This document shows, piece after piece, positions 11,419 to 19,921 of a DNA stretch of 41,468 nucleotides; position 1 is the stretch's first letter; each line of letters opens with the position of its first letter. The DNA lies in NCBI GenBank assembly GCA_052055015.1, contig JBQJIT010000047.1. The stretch is one strand, 5' to 3'. Under the pieces are notes generated by a model. It saw nothing but the letters and a program-made list of their open reading frames with translations. It made no database searches and was not told the origin of the DNA. A program made the translations under genes and the position numbers. The DNA comes from Malassezia furfur. Lineage: Eukaryota.

Positions 11419-11651
11419 ATGGGCAAAGTCCACGGATCTCTCGCTCGTGCCGGTAAGGTCAAGTCGCAAACTCCCAAGGTCGAGAAGCAGGAGAAGCCCA
11501 AGCAGCCCCGCGGCCGCGCGCACAAGCGTCTCCTTTACAACCGTCGGTATGTATCCATGGATTTGCAACAGTATACTTACACATCAGCTTCGTCAACGTC
11601 CAGGTCGGCCCTGGTGGCAAGCGCCGCATGAACTCTAACGCGGACAAGTAA
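11419..11651 (+). CDS. RPS30: 40S ribosomal protein S30 (eS30); CDS intron 11547-11587 and probable 5'UTR intron 11378-11414
   Basis: [26 protein letters not shown]...YNRRFVNV...RMNSNADK; 64 codons after splicing. The UTR intron reads GTAGGT...GCTAAC...TTAG. Confidence 0.95.
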
Positions 11652-12097
11652 ACGAAATCCGGAAAAAAAAAAAACATACCTCGGCGCTACGGTCGATGTG
11701 ATGGTACATTGATTTTGGTGGCCCTCCTTCACTTGTGCTCACAGGTGTATACATCACGATATTTCTGTACTGCGCCAGATTGGCGACCCCAATGATCCTA
11801 TCATCTCGGTTCATCGCGCACTTATGAGTGTACTTGCATGAGCTGTAGCTTTCGTCAATCGGCCAAAATGGAAATGCTTTCCTCTTGTGTGGTGTGGGTA
11901 TCTGTCTACCAATATGCGTTTTCAAGCGTGTGGTGGCGCTTGCTAGTGTGGATTGCGGGCATGAGTGGATGCCGCATGCATCTGTGTAGTTCGTCAGAGA
12001 CAATCTCGTAGTAGTACGAGTGGTCCCCGGCATGTGCTGTACGCGTTGTGCGGCCAGCTGTGTGCACATGCTTTAGGAGTAGCATTGCTCGCGCAGG

Positions 12098-12697
12098 CTA
12101 TGCCACAGCGATGCCGTCGCGGTACACGACTAGTTGGGGTGCGCTCTCTTTCGGGCTGCGCGACGCGCGTTCAACCCAGCCGATATCGAAACGGTTGTCA
12201 AGCACGCCGTGCGCCAGTGCTTCGTTCCACACGAACCCCGCGCAGTGCAGGTCGCGAAAGTCGGCGTGAGGCGAGGTGAGGTGCAGCAGGAGCATGGGTA
12301 CACGACTCGAACGCGCCTGCAGCATCGCATGCTTGCTGAACCCCGAGAGAACCGCCAGAACACCAATCAAAGGTGCCTCATCAGGCTGCGTCGCAAGCGC
12401 ACCAGGCGCTGTAGACGTCGGCGCAAACTTGTCCCACGCGGCACGCACCAGCGTGCCTTCGAGCTCGCGCACAATATGAGGACCTGCTGGCTTGGCGATC
12501 GCCTTGCATTGGGTCACGACACGAACGCGCGCGTCCGGCTGTGTGTGCACCGGAGAGAGTGTGTGGGGCGACCACCACCCACATAGGTCCATACCGCGGT
12601 CGTGGGCGCCCCCTGTGCGGTACACATCCATGCGCAGCCAGCGCTGCAGCAGCGACAGACACGCCTGCTCGTACGCCGTACCCCGCAAGGTCGCCAT
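12098..12697 (-). CDS. RRG7: Rrg7/DUF2034-like protein with Mrr-type restriction-endonuclease-like motif
   Basis: GTAYE...RTGGAHDRGMDLCGWW...VVTQCK...GPHIVRELEG pattern typical of Rrg7; start taken at ATG 12697. Confidence 0.75.
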   Translation of the reverse strand: MATLRGTAYEQACLSLLQRWLRMDVYRTGGAHDRGMDLCGWWSPHTLSPVHTQPDARVRVVTQCKAIAKPAGPHIVRELEGTLVRAAWDKFAPTSTAPGALATQPDEAPLIGVLAVLSGFSKHAMLQARSSRVPMLLLHLTSPHADFRDLHCAGFVWNEALAHGVLDNRFDIGWVERASRSPKESAPQLVVYRDGIAVA

Positions 12698-12744
12698 CCA
12701 AAGCCACGTGGCGTGACGCGACGCGTGCGGCGACCATCTTTCCC

Positions 12745-13191
12745 ATGGCGCCGACGAGCCAGCGGAGCAGCATGGCGCCCATGTCGCGCGCGCGCATGTC
12801 GGTCGCGCCCGGCGCCGCTGCAAATGCGCGCCTGGCCGCAAAACAAGCAGAGCTGCATGCGCTGCAGAATCTACGGAACGAATCTGCGCGGCTCGCACAG
12901 GAGATGGCCCAGCTGGGCGACCGCGTGGACACGCTCGTCGCTGGTGGCATCTGTACGTGTTTGCGCTTACACAGCCGTGTCTTCCGTCATGTCGAGCTGG
13001 CAAGGCGTATTCCGAGCGATCCAGATTGCACAGGGTACGTGTTTCTATTTTTTTTAGCTCACGCAGCAACCACTGCCGCGTCGCGCGAGGCCGAGTCAAC
13101 CGCGACAAACGGCGCGCCCGCTGATAGCGTACGGCAGGTGCCCGAGGCGCTTGTGCGCATCCCAATTCAGACGTCCGAGTCTACGCCATAA
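12745..13191 (+). CDS. DAD2: DASH/Dam1 complex subunit Dad2 (introns 12953-12974 and 13035-13066)
   Basis: Spliced product: ARLAAKQAELHALQNLRNESARLAQEM...SVMSSWQGVFRAI...VPEALVRIPI; 131 codons. Confidence 0.85.
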   Translation: MAPTSQRSSMAPMSRARMSVAPGAAANARLAAKQAELHALQNLRNESARLAQEMAQLGDRVDTLVAGGICTCLRLHSRVFRHVELARRIPSDPDCTGYVFLFFLAHAATTAASREAESTATNGAPADSVRQVPEALVRIPIQTSESTP

Positions 13192-14598
13192 TCATGTATA
13201 TGTAGAAGGAACCCCGCGCAAGTGTAGGTCGCTGCCGGGCCGGAGGGATGCGGGCGGTGCGGTGGCTTCGCGCACCATACCCCGCAGGTGCTCGTCGATC
13301 GAGCCGTGCGCGGCATGCGTGCTGCGGAAGCGCAGCTGCGTCGCTATCAAAAGATCGACGAGTGCGTTCGGCATGCACGCAAGCACGGCCGAGGCCAGCG
13401 CACTGAGCCAGCTGCCAAACCGCGTCGTGCCGGCGACCGTATATCGCGGCCAGAGTGGCTGCGTGCGGGCAAAGAGGAGCGAGGCCACCTTTTCGAGAAC
13501 CGCGCGCGGTGCATGGGGTGGCGCAGAGCGCTGGCCATGGCGCACGAGCTGCTGCGTTGCCGGCGGTGGTTGGAACGCAGCGCTGTTGCCCGCGTCGACA
13601 TCCACGCGCGTCCACCGGAGGGGCCGGACAGGATGCGCCGGCGCATCTCGTGCGAGCGCCTGCACCTCGCTCTCGCGCCTTATCGTCGCGAGGCCCGCGT
13701 CAACCGACTGTGCGACGATCGACGCAGCGCCTTGCAGCGGCTGTGTGACGCGCGAGGCCGGCGACGCAACGAGCGACACGATCAGCGCCGGGTCCGCTTG
13801 CGTGCTTGCGCGATTCGGCGGCGCAGCGAGCAGCGGGACGATGCGGCTGACGGTGGTGAGCGGCGTGACGACGTGCGTCGTCAGCGCGCGCTCGATGGCC
13901 TGGGGCGACTGTTGCGCCAGAGGATGGGCGCCCGTGTCTACGGCGAAGGACGCGGCGTTCACGACGCCAATCACCTGCACATTCTCGCCCGGACGCGCGT
14001 ACGGGTCGCCGCCGGTGGTGAGCGGGAAGCGCATGCACAGCGCCGCGTGCACCGCACGCACAAACTGGTCTTCGGCACCCGCGTGGAGGACGAGCGCTTT
14101 GACGTAGCCGCGCGACTGCGGCGGCACCTCGAACTCGAGCGCGCGTTTCGCATGCTCGTTATTCACGGACACGAGCACAATGAGGTTGCGCGAGGCGAGG
14201 TACAGCGCGAGTGCACGGCCGAGCGGCGTCTCGCCGCCCAACACCACCACGGCCTGCGTCCGGCGCCCGTCCGTCTCGGCACCGCGCGTGGGTAGTGCGG
14301 GTCGCGACTTGATCCACGCAACACCGAGACCCACGGCAACGGCGCCGCCGAGCACGTATGCGAGCGTGGTGCGGTTGCGTGCGAGGGCGCGGCCCATCTT
14401 AGTCGTGAGCGACGGCGGCGGCGGTGGCGGCGGCGGCGGCTGCATGCCGAGCGCCGTCTTGGACTGCTGCGAAACCCATGCGAGCCAAGATGAGGGCGAC
14501 TGTGCGTCGCCCCACTCGATCGGTGGGCCGTACTCATTGAGCGACCGCGAGACGCGCTCGACGCCGGCCTGCCAGCGGTCGTGCAGTTCGCTCCACAT
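13192..14598 (-). CDS. DUF1776 (Ysc83-like) Rossmann-like membrane protein
   Basis: N-terminal transmembrane segment followed by AVVVLGGETPLGRALALYLASRNLIVLVSV and a degenerate SDR-like fold. Confidence 0.65.
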   Translation of the reverse strand: MWSELHDRWQAGVERVSRSLNEYGPPIEWGDAQSPSSWLAWVSQQSKTALGMQPPPPPPPPPSLTTKMGRALARNRTTLAYVLGGAVAVGLGVAWIKSRPALPTRGAETDGRRTQAVVVLGGETPLGRALALYLASRNLIVLVSVNNEHAKRALEFEVPPQSRGYVKALVLHAGAEDQFVRAVHAALCMRFPLTTGGDPYARPGENVQVIGVVNAASFAVDTGAHPLAQQSPQAIERALTTHVVTPLTTVSRIVPLLAAPPNRASTQADPALIVSLVASPASRVTQPLQGAASIVAQSVDAGLATIRRESEVQALARDAPAHPVRPLRWTRVDVDAGNSAAFQPPPATQQLVRHGQRSAPPHAPRAVLEKVASLLFARTQPLWPRYTVAGTTRFGSWLSALASAVLACMPNALVDLLIATQLRFRSTHAAHGSIDEHLRGMVREATAPPASLRPGSDLHLRGVPSTYT

Positions 14599-14629
14599 GG
14601 TGTAGGGTGGAGGTGTCGCTGGGCCGACG

Positions 14630-15583
14630 ATGCACGAACCGGTGAACTGGGACGTGATCCTCGGCGAGACGGCCGACGCGACCGCGCCGCATGCCTCGGG
14701 CGATGCACGCCCATGGCAGGTGGACGACCGCGACGTAACTGAGTTTGGAATGTTCCCGCTGGACGACGATGTGGATGTGGTCGAGTGTGTGCAGTGTCAC
14801 AAACCCATCCTGCGCGAAGCGTACCCCTACCACCAGGAGAACTGCACGATGGCGTGCGATATCCAGTCTGGCCGCCTACCACAGACTGTGCTGCAAGATA
14901 CCAAGGGGCAGGCGATGGACATCGATATGGACGGCGCGCCGGACGCCAAAGACGCGCCGGATACGCCGCGGCGGAAACACTTTGGCGGGAAAAAGAACCG
15001 CGGTCCGATCAACCTCGACCGCCAGTGCGGTGTGATCAACAACAAGGGTCTCCCGTGCTCGCGCTCGCTCACCTGCAAGTCTCACAGTATGGGTGCGAAG
15101 CGCAACGTGCCGGGCCGCTCGCAGCCCTACGACACCCTGCTGTTCGAGTGGCAGAAGGCGACCAACCCCGCGTTTGTTGCGCGGTTGGAGGAGAAGGAGC
15201 GCGCGATCGCCGCGGCCAAGGCAATGGCAAGCGCATCGAAAGACAAGAAGCGCAAGCCGAGCACGAGCAGCGACCGCGCGCGCGACGCCAACGCCGAGCA
15301 GGAGGCGCTGGGACTGCGTGCACAGGAGCACGGCGAGGACATGTATGCGATGCACGCGTCATACCAGGACGTGGAGCGCGACCTGCAGAGTGTGCTGCGC
15401 ACTATCTGCACGTCCGCGGACCGCGACCGGACCACCATCCTGCCCATGGCGGTGCGTGGGTTTGCGGGGCAGTATACGACGCGCACCAAACGTTTCCGAG
15501 TGCTGCGCCAGTTTCTCGCCCAGGGCCTCAGCGGCACAGCGCATATGCACGCGCGGCACCCCGAGGCGGAAGCGAGCAAGTAG
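14630..15583 (+). CDS. SGF73: SAGA deubiquitination-module subunit Sgf73/ataxin-7
   Basis: N-terminal CxxC...H...C zinc finger and SCA7 domain [11 protein letters not shown]...[23 protein letters not shown]. Confidence 0.92.
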   Translation: MHEPVNWDVILGETADATAPHASGDARPWQVDDRDVTEFGMFPLDDDVDVVECVQCHKPILREAYPYHQENCTMACDIQSGRLPQTVLQDTKGQAMDIDMDGAPDAKDAPDTPRRKHFGGKKNRGPINLDRQCGVINNKGLPCSRSLTCKSHSMGAKRNVPGRSQPYDTLLFEWQKATNPAFVARLEEKERAIAAAKAMASASKDKKRKPSTSSDRARDANAEQEALGLRAQEHGEDMYAMHASYQDVERDLQSVLRTICTSADRDRTTILPMAVRGFAGQYTTRTKRFRVLRQFLAQGLSGTAHMHARHPEAEASK

Positions 15584-15600
15584 GGGGCTATGTACGAATA

Positions 15601-17709
15601 TTAGTATCGCCGCGCAGGGCGCTGCAGCTGGTAGTAGTGCGGCGCGAGCTCGAGCAGCCACGCCTGGTCGATCACGGTGATGTCGCGCATCATCGGCTTG
15701 GTGGTGTGCGTCACCTCGCCAAACACCACCCAGCGCTCGGGCGGCGCACGCGTGAACAGCACCGAGGACGGGTGCGCCCACAGCAGCGCGCTGTGGTGCA
15801 CGCTGCGGAAACTCCCGTCGTCGAGGCGCTCGGCCGCGTTTTTGAACAGGCCGGCGACGAGGCACTTGCGCACGAGTGTCGCGTCTTCCGAGCTGCGCAG
15901 CGGCAGCGACCAGTGCAGCGTGACGTACTTGGCAAGCTGCGCACGGATGGTCTGTGCGCGCCGCAGCGACGCGTACGACAGCGAGTACTTGGCCGCCCAC
16001 TTGGGCGACTGCTGCCCGATGCGGGGGTGCACAAACGCATTGTACACGTTGAGCAACGTGAGGTGGTCGCCCTCCTCGGCGACAAACTTGCGCCGCGCAA
16101 TCTCGGCCTGCACGTCCATCGACGGGCCGTATTCGAACGCGGTGAACGGCGAAGCGACCGACGTCATGGCCGCGATGGTCAGCACCTCTTCCGAGCAGCC
16201 GGCATGGGCGGCATACAGGAGCTGCGTGAGTCGATCCACGTACCGCACGCGCCATCATCGGGTCGAGTGGTGCCTCGGCCAGGCGCTCACCGAGCGGCAG
16301 CAGTCGTCCGTGGTCATCGAGCGCCTCGAGCGACGCCAAGTAGGTGAGGGCGCGCGACATGGCCTCGGCGCTCGGTGCGGGCGGCACAAAGTCGAAGCGC
16401 GCGAGGTTGTCGATCCCCAGCGCCTTGAGCTGCAGCAAGTACGGCGCGAGATCGCACCGCACCAGCTCCGGCGTCGGCCCGCGCGGCAGTGCGGCGAGTT
16501 GCGACGCAGGGAACAGACGGAGGCACTTGCCCGGCGCCGTGCGTCCTGCGCGGCCGGCGCGCTGGTGGAGCGCCGCCTGCGACGCGGGCACCACGGCGAG
16601 CACGTCCATCCCCGACGCCCAGTCGAGCTGCTTGATTTTGGTAAAGCCTGTATCAATGACGTAGACGATGCCGTCAATCGTGACACTCGCTTCAGCGACG
16701 TTGGTCGCGAGGATGATTTTGCGTGTACCGCGCGGCGCGGGCAGAAACACGCCGTTCTGCTCATCGGGAGGGAGACCCGCATAGAGCGGGAGGAGGAGCA
16801 TGGGCAACGACCCGGGCGGAAGCGCCGCATAGCGGTCGTGCAGTGCCTGCATCGCCGTCTGAATCTCGTCGCGCCCGGTGAGGAAGACGAGCAGGTCACC
16901 GAGCGGCTGCGTGAGGTGCACATTCCACGCGGCCTCAACGGCCGCCTGCACGTAGTTGTGTACGGGGGCGGGGGTGTAGGCGATCTCCACAGGGTAGCTG
17001 CGCCCCTCGAGCGAGAGGAGCGCGACGTCCTCGGTCGCCTGGCCGGCGTACGTCGGATCGAAGTAGCGCGCAAACGCCTCGGCATCGATTGTCGCGCTCG
17101 ACACAACGATGCGCAGCTCGGGGCGCACCTTGCGGATCTTCTTGAGTAGCGCAATGAGCAGGTCGGTGTATACGCCGCGCTCGTGCGCCTCGTCGACCAT
17201 CACGACGCTGTAGCGCGACAGGAGAGGATCGCGCATGCACTCGCGGAACAGCAGTCCCGGCGTAGTATACTTGAGTTGCGTGTGCACCGGGTGCGTGCAG
17301 TCCTCGAAGCGCACCGCATACCCGACCTCCTCGCCGAGCTTGGTGCGCGTCTCCGAGGCGACGCGCGCAGCGACCGACGAGGCCGCGACGCGCCGCGGCT
17401 GCGTGCAAACCACTTGGCGTCCGTCTGTAGCCCACCCTGCCTCGCGTATGTACTGCGGAATTTCTGTGTGAGATGTGCGCACGTACGTGTGGTCTTCCCG
17501 CTGCCCGTATGCCCAACGACGACGACGACGCCGTGGTGCTCGAGGAGGTACAGCAGCTCACGGCGGTGCCGGTAGACGGGCAGCCGCTCACGCAGCTCCG
17601 CATCCACGAACGACGGTTGCGGCACGTCGATGCCCAGCTCCTGCTCACGCACCGACGCACGGTCCAGCGCGCTCGCCGGCCGCTCCGCGCCGGGCTTCCA
17701 AAACGCCAT
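15601..17709 (-). CDS. DHX35: DEAH-box RNA helicase, DHX35-like (introns 17464-17486 and 16222-16243)
   Basis: GHTGSGKTTQIPQY, TQPRRVAA, DEAHER, SAT, ATNVAEASVTI, QRAGRAGR; N-terminal MAFWKPG. Three ORF fragments join through 23-nt and 22-nt introns to 688 codons. Confidence 0.9.
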
Positions 17710-17732
17710 GCCGCTCGCCTGCGAACCTCCAC

Positions 17733-19235
17733 ATGGACGCGCTGCGCGCGTACGTCGCTGCGCTGCCGGAAGCGCGGGGGAGCGGCGATGCGCTCGCGTC
17801 GATGTACGCGGATCTCGGCGGGCAGCGCGCGTCGGACCCGAATGCGTTCCGCACCAAGGTCGACTGGTGGTCGCGCACGCTCCGCGACATTGCGTGGCAC
17901 GGGCTTGTGACCAACGCCCTCAGCCTCGCGCTCGACGACGCGCTGTTGACGGGACTTGCACGCCCGTCGACGGGGCGCCCCATGTGTGTCGCGGTCGTCA
18001 TGGTACGCTGGGGTACTCACGTAGGAGGAACTCGTGCGCCAGCGCCGCGCGATGCGCCGCGCCGACTTTCTCGGCCAGACGACGCCGGTGCACCACCGCG
18101 CGCCGCTCTCGCGCGTGCTGTGGGAGTGGGTCGCGCAGCCCATATGGCGCACGGCGTCCAGCGCATGGCACGAGAGTGACGCGCTCGGTGACGAGGACGC
18201 GTGGCGCCGCATGCACGGCGAATGGGTGCTGCTGGACAATGTCGAGGTGCGTCGCCCTTACTCACGCAGCAAGCTGCCCAGCTGTTCCGCGACGCGGCGG
18301 CACAGCGCACGCACGGGGTGCTCGACAGTGTGCTGTCGCGCACCGAGCTGCACGCGCAGTTTGCGGCACTGCGCGACGCACATGGCCACCCGCGCCTGAC
18401 GCCGGCAGACTGTGCAGTGCTCGAGCGCTACCTGGAGCGCGACGAGGGGGTGCTGGTCACCGAAGGCGACCTCGTCAAGCTCGTGGCGCATGGTGCGCCG
18501 CGCACCGTGAGCGAGGCGGACCGCGGCGTGTTTTCCGTGCGCGAAATGCACCGCAAACTCACCGCGCAGGTCGACGAGCTCGAGGCGCGCGTCCAGCAGG
18601 CGCACGCGCGTATCGTGCAAGCGCTGCGCACCAAGCAGCCCGAGGCGAGTGCCAAGGCGTACCTGCGCACCAAGAAGCAGCTTGAGGAGCTGCTGACGAA
18701 GCGCGTGGGGGCGCTCGAGACGGTGCATTCGCTGCTGCTCCAGATGGAGCAGGCCGTGGGCGATGCAGAGATCGTGCGTACCTATGAGACGTCGGCAGCG
18801 ACGTTACGTACGATCCTGGCCGACCCTGCGCTGCAGCCCGCACGCGTCGATGCGACGATGGACGCGCTGGCCGAGTCGGTGGAGCAGAGCGACGAGGTGC
18901 ATGCGACGCTGACGAGTCATGCAGCGCCGGTGGACGACGACGAAATTGCGCACGAGCTCGAGCAGCTGGCACTGGACGCGCGGGACGAACAGGCCGAGCA
19001 GGCCGAGGCGGCCGAGGCGCCGCCCGACGTGGCCAAGCAGCCCGAGGCAGCCAAGCAGCCCGAGATGACCCAACAGTCCGAGCCGGCCAAGCAGCCCGAC
19101 GTGGCCCAGCAGCCCGAGGCCAAAGACCTCGCAGCGATGCGCTCGCTGCCCTCTGCCCCGCAGCATACACCGTCGGAGTCCGAGCCACGGCGTATGGCAG
19201 AACGCGTAGCGACTACAGAAGCGAGTGGAAAATAA
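17733..19235 (+). CDS. CHMP7: CHMP7/Chm7-like ESCRT-II/III hybrid protein (introns 18003-18024 and 18247-18269)
   Basis: N-terminal ASMYADL...FRTKVDWW winged-helix-like region plus Snf7 domain (AKAYLRTKKQLE...); 486 codons after splicing. Confidence 0.8.
19027..19122 (+). repeat. Degenerate 18-nt coding tandem repeat (xAKQPE units) in the CHMP7 C-terminus
   Basis: GCCAAGCAGCCCGA recurs, encoding DVAKQPEAAKQPEMTQQSEPAKQPDVAQQPEAK. Confidence 0.7.
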
Positions 19236-19844
19236 AGTACAAGAGGAGCACCACACAGAACCCTGCGATCGCGAGGATGCGGGTGTTGCGCCACCACATC
19301 TGCCGCCGGAGCCCCACGGCGCGCCGGCGGAACGCGAGGCTCTGGTGGGCGGCCGAGTCGGTGCGGTCCATGAGCAGCTCGATCTGCTCGCCACGGCTCA
19401 GGATTTTCTCGACGTTTTGCGTGAGCACGTCCTTGACGCTCCCGAGCTCGGCCTGGGCGCGGCGAATCGGGTCCGATTCGGGCGCCTCGTTGAACTGCGC
19501 ACGGAGCGCGTCGAGGCGCGCCTGGAAATCCGACGAGGGCGCGGCGGTGTACTGCGGCGGTGTGAGCGACGATGCGTCAAACGTACCTCCTTCTCGAGCT
19601 GTGTGAGGAACGCAAACGGGATGCGACGCCCCAGCTCGGCGTCGGCGACCGCCAGGTAGACGTAGCCGTCGTGCGCCACGTAGTGGAAGAGCCACGACTC
19701 AAACGCGTACGAGAGGCGCTCGGCCTTGTCGGCATCGATCTTGTGTAGGATGGTCTGCGCGGCGCTGAGGAAGCGCGCGTGCTCCGCGTCGTGCGACGCG
19801 ACCACCACGCGGGGGCCCTGCGCAACGAGCGCCAGCACGATCAT
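19213..19844 (-). CDS. VAMP7: Longin R-SNARE, VAMP7-like (intron 19552-19586)
   Basis: Longin domain (RLSY...FHY...GRRIPFAFL), SNARE motif (VKDVLTQNVEKILSRGEQIELL) and C-terminal TM; 199 codons; overlaps the CHMP7 3' end by 23 nt. Confidence 0.88.
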
Positions 19845-19921
19845 CGTGGCGCGATCACGTGGCGTCCGCGGAGATACCCGTGCGGGTCGGCGCGGGGGGT
19901 TGCGGGTGGCTGCCGACGAGC

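Noticed and set aside
15359..19235. Apparent frameshifts or pseudogenes in DHX35 and CHMP7 (likewise MSM1, DAD2, NDUFV2)
   Set aside because: Each break is repaired by a consensus 22-35 nt GT-AG intron, so there is no need to invoke programmed frameshifting or decay.
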